From Amphiscolops sp. MND2022 (Eukaryota): a stretch of DNA of 64,000 nucleotides. A program made the position numbers and the translations under genes. The DNA is taken from assembly GCA_964187785.1 (NCBI GenBank), contig OZ076414.1:50158001-50222000 (forward strand), written 5' to 3'. Under the pieces are notes generated by a model, which did no database searches, was not told the origin of the DNA, and saw only the letters and a program-made list of their open reading frames with translations. Shown here in pieces: positions 18,401 through 27,829 of this stretch. Positions within the stretch are counted from its first letter, which is position 1, and each line of letters opens with the position of its first letter.

Positions 18401-20869
18401 TATGTGTCCTAAGACGAAATTGAAGCTGAGAACATGGTCAACAGCGCTCCAAAGTGAAGATGGTATCGTTTTAGCTTGAAAGAATCTGGTCAGTGCCCTG
18501 TTGTCAGTCAGAATCAGAATAGGGTTCTGAATTCCCCAAACTATATGGGCAAAAGTTTGTAAAGCGAAGTATACTGCTAGAAATTCTTTGGCATAAATTG
18601 ACAATTTCAATTGACTGGGTTGAAAGATCTTAGAACCAAAGGACACTGGTGCGTATTGTTTTCTGCTCGTTTTTGTGTTCGTGTCACATGTGTAATCGTC
18701 TACCAAAAGAACATAACCCGCTGCGTAGAATGAAGCATCTGCCATGATGATATATTGTTTTTCGGCTATTGGTAGGCGAAGGGTCATTTGACAGGCATTC
18801 TTCAAGTCTTGTTTCAGTATCTCAAAAGTTTCGTTATGTTTATCGGTCAATTGGAATTCATTCGTAGATCGCAGCAACTGGTAAAAAGGAAGAAGTTTTT
18901 CAGCTAGTCCGGGTAAAAACGCTTTGTAAAATTGGTAAAAACCAATCATTCGTTTGACTTGTCTCACGTTTTTCGGAATAGGCAAATCTTTTAGAAATTT
19001 TTCTACTTTTTCAAGGGTTGGTGCCATACCCTCAGGGGTGATCGTATTGCCCAAAAATTCAATCTTGTCCAGACCGAATTGACATTTGTTTACTGACAAC
19101 TTGAGACCTGAGTTTCGAATATGGAGAAAAACATCGTCCAAATGGGCTAACATTTCATCTACTGATTTGGCTCCAAGTCCAATATCATCGACGTACAGGA
19201 AACATTTGTCCGCTGTTATGACTGGGTCAAGAAATTTTCGCATGTAGAAACTGAAGGAACTCATTGAACGGCTGAGACCCTGGGCCAATCTTGTAAAAGC
19301 GAAAGTTCGCGATGAGAAATTGAAGGCAAGCAGTTGTATCGACCTTTCATCTGCCAAAGGAATCGTGAAGTAGCCCTGAGATCCGTCCATTTTGCAAAAG
19401 ATTTTTTTTCCTGCTAAGTGCGAGCTCGCATCAGCTAAAGTTGAAATCGGAAAATTATTGTTGTGATAATCTTTCGTTATCAAGTGGTTGATCTTTCGTA
19501 AATCAACCAAGAGGCGTAATTTCCCGGAAGGTTTCCGCTGTGCGAACAATGGTGATGAATATTTTGAGAAGTCTAGAGGCTTGATTATACCGTAATGTTG
19601 GAGCAATGCTAATTCTACGAAAAGTTCATCTTTCAAATGGAGAGGTGTTGGTGGCGATTGGCTATAAACTGGATCATCATGTTGAGGCGTTAAGGTAACT
19701 GTGAAGTCTTTGCTTTTGCCAATATCTAACCGGTGTCGGGCAAAAATGTCATTATATCTCACAAGTAAATCTTCAACCCTTTTTCGGTCATCCATTGATA
19801 ATATAGATCCTGTCCAATCGAAGTCGTTCAAGAATTTCTTGCGATGGTTTTCGTTTGTGATTGGGTCCATTTGCTCCAATGCATTGAATTTTTTAATGGT
19901 ATCGTAAATTGTTTTCTGAGGACCTTTCAGTTGTTCTGGGTGTGCACAATTTTCTGGTGTCGCATACCATTCATCGGTTGTGAACTTTCTTGTTTCCTGA
20001 GTATGATTTCCCGATTGAGTTAGTGAAATTGAATGTGACAAGTTTCTCTGTTGTTTCTGGTTAGAGATGCACTGAATCAAATTATTGTCTAACGGTGTGA
20101 GATATTTCGCCTGTTCGGGAGTTAAAATTTCGAATTTAGCTACGCACGTATTGCTGGTAAATCTGATCGGTATTTCTGCTAGATTGAGTGCGAGTGCTTT
20201 TACACATCCGTTGGTGACCTTTGACAAGGAATTTGTTAGGAACAATTGGTATTTCTTTTCTAGGGTTGCGATTGACGTTACCACCCCCACTGTTGATTCC
20301 GCTTGAGCTTTTTTGTCTGCTTCTAATATTAGTAGCGCTTCTTGATTAGGTTGTATGATGATGTCTTCAGTAGTGTAAAGGTCGATGATTGTTGGTTTGG
20401 CATTTGCTTTTGACGTCAGTGAGGCGTCGGATTCGTACTGGCTGAGTATGAAAGACATTTGTTGTGACGTGAGGCGGCGATTACGGACGTCAATAGAAAG
20501 TTCATAATTATGAAGAAATGGAAAACCAAGTAGAATGCTGTTCAGTTTTGGAAAAACTAAAAACTTCTCTTCGAATATCAACTGCCCAATTTTGAATTGA
20601 ATTGTCGCGGTAAAGAGAACATGGGCTTTTTCGGTATGTGCCATGAGAACATTGAAATCTGGAGGAGGTGATTGCACGATACGGACATCTGTTTGGGTTG
20701 AAATGGCGTCGAAAATTTCTTTTGGCATACCACTGGAAAAAGCTCCAGTGTCTAATACTGCTCTATAAACTAATGTACCGAATTGACAGGGAACTAATAA
20801 TGCATTAGAGGCTGGTTCTGGTACTTTTAATGTAATTGGTAAGTTAGGTTTGACTTCCGGTGCATGCAT
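15497..20869 (-). CDS. pol: Pol polyprotein, 1790 aa from Met: PR, dUTPase-like, RT, RNase H, IN (catalytic E changed to K), macro-like, acidic/Ser-rich tail
   Basis: VLDTGA (PR); KMDGSQGY, YVDDIG (RT); MADAS, KEFLAV, LTDNRAL, ADYLSR (RH); HNSRWRGH...CLTC, DLVG, CDLG, GLVKRSH (IN). Confidence 0.97.
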   Translation of the reverse strand: MHAPEVKPNLPITLKVPEPASNALLVPCQFGTLVYRAVLDTGAFSSGMPKEIFDAISTQTDVRIVQSPPPDFNVLMAHTEKAHVLFTATIQFKIGQLIFEEKFLVFPKLNSILLGFPFLHNYELSIDVRNRRLTSQQMSFILSQYESDASLTSKANAKPTIIDLYTTEDIIIQPNQEALLILEADKKAQAESTVGVVTSIATLEKKYQLFLTNSLSKVTNGCVKALALNLAEIPIRFTSNTCVAKFEILTPEQAKYLTPLDNNLIQCISNQKQQRNLSHSISLTQSGNHTQETRKFTTDEWYATPENCAHPEQLKGPQKTIYDTIKKFNALEQMDPITNENHRKKFLNDFDWTGSILSMDDRKRVEDLLVRYNDIFARHRLDIGKSKDFTVTLTPQHDDPVYSQSPPTPLHLKDELFVELALLQHYGIIKPLDFSKYSSPLFAQRKPSGKLRLLVDLRKINHLITKDYHNNNFPISTLADASSHLAGKKIFCKMDGSQGYFTIPLADERSIQLLAFNFSSRTFAFTRLAQGLSRSMSSFSFYMRKFLDPVITADKCFLYVDDIGLGAKSVDEMLAHLDDVFLHIRNSGLKLSVNKCQFGLDKIEFLGNTITPEGMAPTLEKVEKFLKDLPIPKNVRQVKRMIGFYQFYKAFLPGLAEKLLPFYQLLRSTNEFQLTDKHNETFEILKQDLKNACQMTLRLPIAEKQYIIMADASFYAAGYVLLVDDYTCDTNTKTSRKQYAPVSFGSKIFQPSQLKLSIYAKEFLAVYFALQTFAHIVWGIQNPILILTDNRALTRFFQAKTIPSSLWSAVDHVLSFNFVLGHIPGNTNVAADYLSRIHINPHEKLRLKISDRLPTQSVTVDFVVNTPDNSISHFLAAEHTPWDEKPTDPYVNGLYSVNALASPNPLDDFNFTNNELPLNLAAEQRQDKSLSKVIEWIRTNKTLSPAYLKTTELKYFKQLPRLMLKDGVLYRKFFDQTGKVSHEQFCVPAHLQKELLYRIHNSRWRGHIGITRTIAEFRKRFYFPNFTEFLTDYIRNCLTCLQTKEAKQVSLKPPLQPVASERNFPADTMQNDLVGKLQASPHTFVLTAIDVFSRYLFAVALTKGESDNVAKALISIFLRHAYIPRMIICDLGTAFTSTLMTALTAQLEVQLKNCTLKHAQSIGLVKRSHGPLKHILKLNSNESFTNWHKYLDFAVFIHNTTYNPSIGCTPSDLFHGRTPITPLDLRFQNAKMRTAQANFEVLRELQDAATASFERAKESMIAAYHNYRQYYDRKANATPLDLHSYCLILEPKSVTQNDPLSKGKLKWLPLYRVEKVLTNSNYIVRKVGTNETQCLHRMRLRPCQPQFDVEDLPDINEQNFAPDASLTNENTEPELFDNAIVQHIFQQRKTVSDPGLTKNIQFSSERSVITFQPDSLPTSPIKTTSEPTFHDAIDRESFVVEGHVPTLMEDGPEVIDTTDYRIDNPDETSSDDARYGATRRYALRRDDRFALARQFTMYNSISHLEQQLESTCNPTFETVYCISQCLTLEQLLRITNTTQPIALLETIRRADVGDTIVRTIEGKSIIFIVVRKHELDGSSLPAFRQGLKDVKTFLHEQTKKQVAIQMEQFPKTIVSEALKIIQSIFDNDTEVLLVHDEIHAINEQEEEVSVILHFPNDDVNINQPIGPDSDSEIEFGRLFDANDIDNFSDASTLPANDSDANGEQTTLFHFRSPKNSISDYSSSGEQPSISRSPSPPRKVSSPTPLTSRIRQQTGPQNTRTHNRRVVPLLLHQKLIDGNLRQHLSYDSGSD

Positions 20870-20898
20870 TGATGTAACTGGTGGCTGTGGCGTTTTAT

Positions 20899-21882
20899 TC
20901 AGTTTTTTGGATTGTCGCTTGAAGTTGGTTGAAGTTCAGCGTTCTGGTCCCGTTGCTGTGGGTACGGAATACTAGATCCTCGTCGTGGCGCTGGTTTGCT
21001 CCAACAGTTTTGTTGCGTGTGACCATTCTTGCCGCAATTACGACAGAAAGGTCGTCTGTTGCCACCACGACCGTATCCTCGTTGGTAACCTCTTGGTCCA
21101 CCTCGTCCATATCCACGGTAGTTGTTGGACGGTTGGTAGCCTTGATTGTAGTAACTCGAATTGTAAGCCATGTTTGCTAACTGTTGATCATACTCTTGCT
21201 GGTTCAATTGAAGTGCTTGTGTGACAGATGTAAGATGAGTGAGCGCTTCGAGCACTGCGTTGTTACTTGGTTCAATTGTGACTTCATTGAAAGCTGTTTT
21301 AAGCTCTCCATCGGGTGCAGATATGGCTGCGCGCAGTCGTCGTTTCACAATTTGGCAAAGGGCATCAGTATCTGTGCCATCCGGCTCCCGAAGGAGAACT
21401 TTTTTGAGTTTGTGTGGCATTCCTTCGATGAACTGGTGTCTGACTCTTCTCGTGCGTTCGTCGGTTCGGTCCACGGCTGGTCCTACACCGTCAGGAATAG
21501 CAACCAATGCAAGACTTTGTAAGTCAGTCAAATAGTCATCTGGCTCCTCGGTTTGTGGATCAAATTTTCGATTTGACAGAAGTGCGTCTGTGGTAGCTTG
21601 TTTATCAGCTCCCGCATAACGATCTCTTAAAGCGGTGAGTGCTAAGTCAACGTCATCTCGGGTTGCTTCGGGTTGTGCTAAGTAGAAGTTCAGTGCATTT
21701 CCAGCTAAGTGCAAATGAAGATAACGGGCACGCTGATTGTTGGCATCTGGTATGCGTGCTACTGCGAGGCTGGCTCTGAAAAGTCCTTCGAATTGGGTGA
21801 AGTTTTCCTTGGGTGTTCCGCTGAAGGCTTTGAGGTGGATATGTGGTCCGTTTGCAGGTGCAGCAGGCGCTGCATGTGCCAT
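20899..21882 (-). CDS. gag: Gag, 327 aa, with CCHC zinc knuckle
   Basis: FSGTPKEN, HLHLAGNALNFY and HQFIEGMP capsid motifs; RG/YG-rich segment; CRNCGKNGHTQQNC (CX2CX4HX4C). Confidence 0.95.
   Translation of the reverse strand: MAHAAPAAPANGPHIHLKAFSGTPKENFTQFEGLFRASLAVARIPDANNQRARYLHLHLAGNALNFYLAQPEATRDDVDLALTALRDRYAGADKQATTDALLSNRKFDPQTEEPDDYLTDLQSLALVAIPDGVGPAVDRTDERTRRVRHQFIEGMPHKLKKVLLREPDGTDTDALCQIVKRRLRAAISAPDGELKTAFNEVTIEPSNNAVLEALTHLTSVTQALQLNQQEYDQQLANMAYNSSYYNQGYQPSNNYRGYGRGGPRGYQRGYGRGGNRRPFCRNCGKNGHTQQNCWSKPAPRRGSSIPYPQQRDQNAELQPTSSDNPKN
20902..20908 (-). promoter_or_regulatory. -1 ribosomal frameshift slippery heptamer A AAA AAC at the gag-pol junction
   Basis: Gag ends CCA AAA AAC TGA. 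The -1 frame (AAA CTG AAT AAA ACG CCA CAG CCA CCA GTT ACA TCA ATG) is open into pol. Confidence 0.85.
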
Positions 21883-22542
21883 TGTTCAAAGAAAATTTGT
21901 TTTTCTTCACTTGGTCGTCTCCTGTCTTGTACTTGGGGTCCGGGCAAAATTTTTCTTTTCGGCCCGGTTTTTTTATTTTTGTAATTATTGGCTGCTGCTA
22001 TACGAATTTGTTCGATAGAACAAATTCGATCTCGAAAATTTCGTCAGAATTGCGAAATTCGCACTCTGGGGCGAGATATTGAGCCCCGAAATTGCGATGA
22101 AAGATAGAATTTAGTGGAGTCAACGTCTTTGATTTTGTTTTTAAGTGTGCTCTGGGAGCCTTCTGTCGCATGCGAGCCAATGAAAATAGCTGTTCTGGTT
22201 GTAAGAGCGCATCGCTGGGGTTATTCCTTTTTTTCGATATTTTTTTTTGATAACGTTGTAAAAAGATAGTCGCAAAATAGGTATTAATTCAGCTGGTAGT
22301 TATAGAATTATCAAAATTCGATGATAACACTTGGGTTTGTTTTCGTAGCGCGATGCAATGCGAAAACCCTGCGTTAGTAACCACTATCTGCATAATCTGT
22401 AGAAATATGATGGCGAAAATAGATAAAATTTTGTCCAAAAACGACTTGTGGTGCTAAGATGAATGTTTTGAATGTTGAAGACTTAACTTATACAATAGAT
22501 GATTTGTTGTAGTATGATATTCAACAAGTGTATTTGGAAAGA

Positions 22543-22872
22543 CTAATTTTCAGCGTCGTTACACGGATCCGAAAAGTTTCCCACATACTCAATTAGTTCT
22601 TCAAAAGTATGAATGCAATTGATATTTGGGTCTAGAAGTGGTTGATAGTTTATCAAGGCAGTTTCTAATTGTTGCCATGCCGTAGTGTATTTGTAAACGA
22701 GCTGATGAAATACCTGGTGTGGTGCGTCGAAGGTGACTCCCAGTAAAAGGATAGGTTTTCCATATGACCAATAAATTCGTTTGATTAATAAATCCTCATC
22801 TGGTGTAACCCATAACATGTGAACTGTGTGAAAAGCGAATTCAGGATTCAAATAATCGATGGAAATTTCCAT
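22543..22872 (-). CDS. Upstream ORF in the 5' leader, 109 aa, unknown function
   Basis: Uninterrupted ATG-initiated ORF in an otherwise AT-rich, stop-rich leader; no recognisable motif. Confidence 0.45.
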   Translation of the reverse strand: MEISIDYLNPEFAFHTVHMLWVTPDEDLLIKRIYWSYGKPILLLGVTFDAPHQVFHQLVYKYTTAWQQLETALINYQPLLDPNINCIHTFEELIEYVGNFSDPCNDAEN

Positions 22873-23040
22873 TTGTTCGGTCTGTTTAAACGACTATTTC
22901 GGTGGTTGTAGATCGATCATGAATGTATTTTTGTTACAATAAATACGAGAAGTTTGCGATTCTTTCAAATTCGGAAAATTCCTTCGGAAAATTTTGATTG
23001 TTTTGTTTTTGCATTGGTGAAGGTGATGGAGAATATCAAT

Positions 23041-23058
23041 GAGGACACCTTGTCACCA
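23041..23058 (-). promoter_or_regulatory. Primer-binding-site-like sequence TGGTGACAAGGTGTCCTC (primer tRNA not assigned)
   Basis: Starts with TGG directly after the LTR end on the minus strand. Confidence 0.65.
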
Positions 23059-23383
23059 TGTTTTAAAGTAGCTCGAGTGGTTTTCTAGGCGAAAGCGTTT
23101 AGGTTCAATTCATTTATTGATATTCTATTTCACACAATGACAAATAATGGATGAACATTGATTTATATTATGAGGAGAAATAATTCAATCTTTTTCCATT
23201 CTCGTTTTCTCTCTCATCTGTAGGTTTTTCTTCTCTCTTTCCGGAGATTATTGTCCCTCGTCTCTTTTTTTTTGGGTATTTCCATTTTTCTCGAATTTTC
23301 TTTTTTGTCCAATCATGTTTGAGAATGCCATTCCTTCTGAATATCTTCATCCAAAAATAATACAAGTCATGATGAATATCACA
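23059..23383 (-). repeat. 5' LTR of the env-bearing element (325 bp)
   Basis: Direct repeat of 9130-9455; followed by the TSD CTAAG; PBS immediately internal. Confidence 0.97.
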
Positions 23384-23388
23384 CTAAG

Positions 23389-23640
23389 CTACTTCAGCAA
23401 GCTAACAATTCTGCGAGAGTAGGTTTAGACAGAGTTAAACCTTGTTATCTTCCAAAAAATTCTTTTGTCCCTAAACCTATTGAATCCATACACACAGAAG
23501 ATGATGGTAGTTTTTTTCTATGCAGAGGACCATTCAACACCGATTTGATAGGCTGTGACGACCCAGAATGTCCCATCGAATGGTTCCATTACAACTGTGT
23601 CGGTATCGATAATCCCCCTAAAGGGAAATGAGTCTGCCCA
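23389..23640 (+). pseudogene. Integrase C-terminus of the host Gypsy: GPY/F-module tail plus ING-type PHD finger
   Basis: Continues the frame at 9121-9129 across the CTAAG TSD: ERDSKTK|LLQQANNSARVGLDRVKPCY...LCRGPFNTDLIGCDDPECPIEWFHYNCVGIDNPPKGK*VCP, with TGA at the conserved Trp (23629-23631). Confidence 0.85.
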
Positions 23641-23907
23641 ACTACCCGACAATCGCGTCGCACAAAGACGGTGAAATTAAAATGTTAATTTGACACCCCG
23701 TTTCAAAATGAGAGACTTCTATGGCGTACCGAATGTCGGAAAAACTATCGGTGGTTTGTTGTTTTTTATCAAAGAGTTGTTTGTTACCTCAGTTAGTGCC
23801 TTGAAGCATAATTTTCCTTTACTTACTGCATCATACGGCATCCAAAAGTTTTAAATTATTTGCATTTACACCAAAATGAGCCATGTGAGTTATAACAGAA
23901 GTCAAGT

Positions 23908-24942
23908 GTGCGAGAAGTAACTTCCTTCTTTAATTTCATCCACACGGACGAATTCTCATCACAATTCATTTCTAGTTGGACGTTTGAACAGAACAGTAGC
24001 TCACTAGTGGAATTACCGAGTGACGAGTTGGCTATTTTGCAAATATATAGAACAGCCAAAATCCAATTGGATGGACTACTCCCAAACACCGCCAATTTGA
24101 CGATAATGTCTTTAACTTGTCATAGCAAGTTAGTCGCTGTAACTCAGAGTACTGAGACGTTTGTTCAACCCGTTGGAGGTTTCGTACTTGGAAGACGTTC
24201 AAATGGATGGTAAAACTGAAGAAGTTGCAAACGTCAATAAAACCCTGAATCTGTCAAGCTCATCAACATCGAGTTCGGAAAGCGAGGACGAATTTGTCAG
24301 AAAGAAGCGCAAGAAAGAAAAGAAGTGCAAGGTCTGCCATTCGTCGTCATCTGATACAGAAAACGATGAGCCAATCAGAAAAGTGCAAAAAAACAGGGAC
24401 CGAAACGGAATGAAAAATCGGAAGCTGCCAAGGATCTAGCCGAAATTCCTACTCAGTCCTGGCATAACAATCTCGTCCCTTTGAATAAGTTGGCAAGCCT
24501 ACCAATGTCACGTACGAGTCAACTTCAAGGTGTAACTGAAATAAATAATCATATCAGGCAATTAGCGCCAAAAGAACTGCATCTGGATGCAGTGGAACTG
24601 CCATTTCAAGGCAACGGTTTGCGATACAAGGTGGGCGCTGGTGCAGTTTTCGGAGAGTGGATCGTGCTGAAAAAAAACTTGACTGGTGCAGATATTAATA
24701 ACGCTTTCAAAGCCATGGGAGTTTTTGCCGGAAGAAGTTATCAAAAGATAACTCAACAAGAGAAACCTGACTTCATGACGAGAGCAACATACGCCGCTGT
24801 ACTATTGCACATCCCCTGGGCCGCAACGAAAATGATGGACATCACTGGGTCGACATTGCGCAATCGAATGAAGAGTTACGTGAAGAAAGTAAAAGAATTG
24901 GCCAAACAAACTTCGCTACCAAATCTTTTACTGCGAGTATAA
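23908..24942 (+). pseudogene. Extra ORF (~345 codons, two frameshifts) of unknown function: Ser/acidic tract, basic NLS-like cluster, helical C-terminal domain
   Basis: ORFs 23908-24213, 24161-24439 and 24481-24942 join with two shifts, one probably in the A7 run at ~24387-24393. Contains SSSSTSSSESEDEFVRKKRKKEKK. Confidence 0.55.
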
Positions 24943-24975
24943 CTGACACCAGTAGAACCCGCTTATCTGGATGCT

Positions 24976-25237
24976 TGGATGTCGGAAAACTGAACCAAAC
25001 AGTTGCCTTCCAAAGACAGCCAAGTGGATGAACGAATCCATCCAAATGGATGTTAACATCCGAATGAACGAATTTTAACGTTCATATGAATGTAACCTTA
25101 TAATGTAATCTTTTACTTCCAAATGGATGAATTGGTATTATAAATAGTATTGATTTTCTCTTTTCATTATGACATTCCCTTATAAATTTTAAACTCTTGG
25201 TGAATCAGACTACATTTTCAGTGTTCCAATCCCCATG
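24976..25237 (+). repeat. 3' LTR core of the host Gypsy (may begin at 23720)
   Basis: Aligns with 4956-5208. The LTR start motif TATGGCGTAC occurs at 23720, after purine-rich AAAATGAGAGAC. Confidence 0.75.
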
Positions 25238-25629
25238 AACCAGCTTTGCCTAGATCAGAAAAGTGACGTTGAACTTGCGATACACCTCCTAAGGGATATG
25301 TATTCTGTGAAAAATTTGAATCTAATACTTCGCTTTTCTTGGTTTCTCATTGATTGAGTGCTCAGTACAATAATGATGAGTTATTAAATTAAAAGATATT
25401 TGAAGATAACCGATGTCGATCGGTGTCGTGGTGGAAAACACTTGCAGAATCCGATATCATGGATCGTCATCAGTCAAGTACCATATGTATCATCATGTTG
25501 AGGGGAGACGACACACACCCGTGGTCTGCAAGGAAAGTAGGGAACCCCATACCAGCCACTATCCCAGTAACAATAAAAAACAACCAACAAACTACTCATA
25601 ACAGCAACTATCCCAGTCGACAGGTAGGA

Positions 25630-27829
25630 ATTTTTGTTTTTTAGGCGGCAATGATATAGAGGTTCAAAAAAATAATAAAACTATATGAAGAAAAATTTAT
25701 TCGAACCGATTTGTCGCTAACAGTTCATTGAACACAGGCCGCATTGCCGATCTGAAGAGCAATTGAAATCCGTTAATCCGTTGCTTCGAAACGCTGCAAT
25801 CTCGTTGATCGTCGTGCGAACGACAGAGCATTTTACAGAGACGCGTGATAAAACTTTCACTGGTCTCGCCTAACGAACCCTGTACTTTCAAGGCCACCGG
25901 TTGAACCATGTATCCCTTGTCTAGTAATTTGCGATACTTCTCAATTTTTATGTGCTTCAACCTCGGTAGCGGTGGTTCCCGGGTTGCATATAGAGCATTG
26001 ACTCAGACGCAGGAGCATCCACAACCGTGACATCCCACACCAGCTGTTTACCCATTTCCCAAAGAATCATGGTAACGCCGTCTGGGCGTTTGCCATCCGT
26101 TCGGTACAGTCCACCCGGTTCGAGCATTGAAGGCAAACTGAGAGATCCCAACGCCTTCTTTATGAGAATTGAGAGAGGCATGACATGAGAAGCGACCAGC
26201 ACTCTTGGTGCGAAAAAGAACGTGTAAACCACCCCGTTCAAGTTTTACCACAGTGGCACGTATGCGCAACCCAGATGTTGGCTCTGAGACGAAAACCAAT
26301 TGAAATCCAGAGCTGCTGATCATCAAGTTTAAGACCTAGGTTCTTGCAAGGAACGACGCTCAGACGTTGAAACTCGAATTCACCTTAATGAGTGTTGAAA
26401 ACTTTCGAACGTTTGTCATCCATTGTAGAAATCAAATCTTGGCGGTTTGGACAAAGACTGGTAGCGTCAAATTTTTCTGGGTTCCATCGAGAGGGCTTTC
26501 CTATTCATAGATCAAACTCAACCATTTCTCAAGCGCTATCGTGAACGAGACATTTTTGAATGTTTCCAAAAAAATTGTCGTGAGAAAGTCACTCGCACCG
26601 AAAGCTGAAGCCAAAACGGCGGGAAGAGCTAATAATGATGCGGATGAAAACTCTAGACCAACCATTTCAGCGGGGAGAGCCAGCTGAGTACTCGAAATAT
26701 TTTCGACGTTCACGTTACATGCTTTGGAAAGCCCGTCGCGTACTGTTATGTCATAATTTTCCAAGAGAGCTCGATGATTAAAACATGTACTGGGTCTCAG
26801 CAAGTACAACAACTTTGCCAGACTGAAGCAATTTTTCAACATGGAGAAAACCATAATGCGCATCTAGTTTTTCAAAAATTCCCTTAACATTTTCCAGTTC
26901 AATAATTGTCTTTTCCAAAGAGTCTGCTTGTGATTTGGTGCCTAGCGGTGAACTAAAAATGTTCATACTTCTTTGGTGTATTGATCACGGGGTAAAAAAT
27001 TTTTTGAAGGTGCCAAAATTATCGATCGTCGTTTTTTAGTGATTACACCAAGAAAAAAGTTTGCATTTCGTGGGTTTAATTTTGAATCCCAGGGTTTTTT
27101 CCGCTTCAACAATTTAACAGATTTTTTGGATATCTTTCAAATCGGTTCTGTAATCATCACTTAATTTTCCGTTGTCACGGTACCATAAATTTATTTTCGA
27201 CTGCAAACTGTCAATCAGACCCTAAATAGAATCCGAAAATAAAGCGGGAGACTCGGGATCTCCTTGCTGAGTCCCTTCACAAGATTTGATTACTGAATCA
27301 CCGTAAAAAAACGAGAACTTGGCTAATTCTTCGCCGAGTGTGAGTACTTATAAATGTCAGGGTGTCTTTCAAAAGTTATCTATAGCTTGAAATGTCGGTT
27401 TATCGATCTGAATGCGTTTTCAAAGTGAATTTTCAAAATTAAGTTTTCTTTGGGCTGGGGGCTTTCTATCAAACAACGGAAAACATGGGAGGCCAAGTCA
27501 TCGCCCCATTGCATACTACATGTCGACTTCTAGTTCTTGCTTGACGTGCTTCGAAGACATGATATCCGGCACATTTTGCGGACAACCGGCGGAAAGCATT
27601 GCCTACAGCAATAGGACGAAATCCTCCATCGTGCTTTTTAGCGCAAACACTTTCGCACCAAAGAAGTACGGCTGAGTTCGAAAGGTACTTTTTCTTCGAG
27701 AATCATTTTCACAAAAATTGTTAAGGCTCTTAGAAAATTCAGTCCAAAATCCCCGTTCGACTTGGCAAGGAAATTTTTCAAAATGCCATCCAACCCTGCC
27801 CTAGAGCCGTTGGGGAAGGACATGAAAGC
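25630..27829 (-). mobile_element. Second CRE-like non-LTR element, 3' part (RT C-terminus, zinc knuckle, RLE), heavily decayed
   Basis: LEPGGLYRTDGKRPDGVTM...LVWDVTVVDA (RLE); ALPAEMVGL; FPNGSRAGLDG; A-rich tail on the minus strand near 25631-25645. Confidence 0.8.

Larger units (their letters stand above)
9130..23383 (-). mobile_element. Young full-length env-bearing Ty3/Gypsy (errantivirus-like) element, 14,254 bp, with accessory genes
   Basis: TG...CA LTRs at 9130-9455 and 23059-23383 differ by about 3 substitutions and 1 indel. Perfect 5-bp TSD CTAAG (9125-9129 / 23384-23388). PBS next to the right LTR; open gag, pol and env. Confidence 0.97.
4946..25237 (+). mobile_element. Degenerate Ty3/Gypsy LTR retrotransposon (host of the nested 9130-23383 insertion)
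   Basis: 5' LTR, tRNA-Trp-type PBS, gag, PR-RT-RH-IN order, and an integrase frame that resumes after the nested insertion. 3' LTR homology at 24976-25237; flanks AGCC / AACC may be a 4-bp TSD with one mismatch. Confidence 0.85.

Noticed and set aside
12192-21984. Many short plus-strand ORFs overlapping env, pol and gag
   Set aside because: Antisense shadows of long coding frames, with no motifs or splice support.
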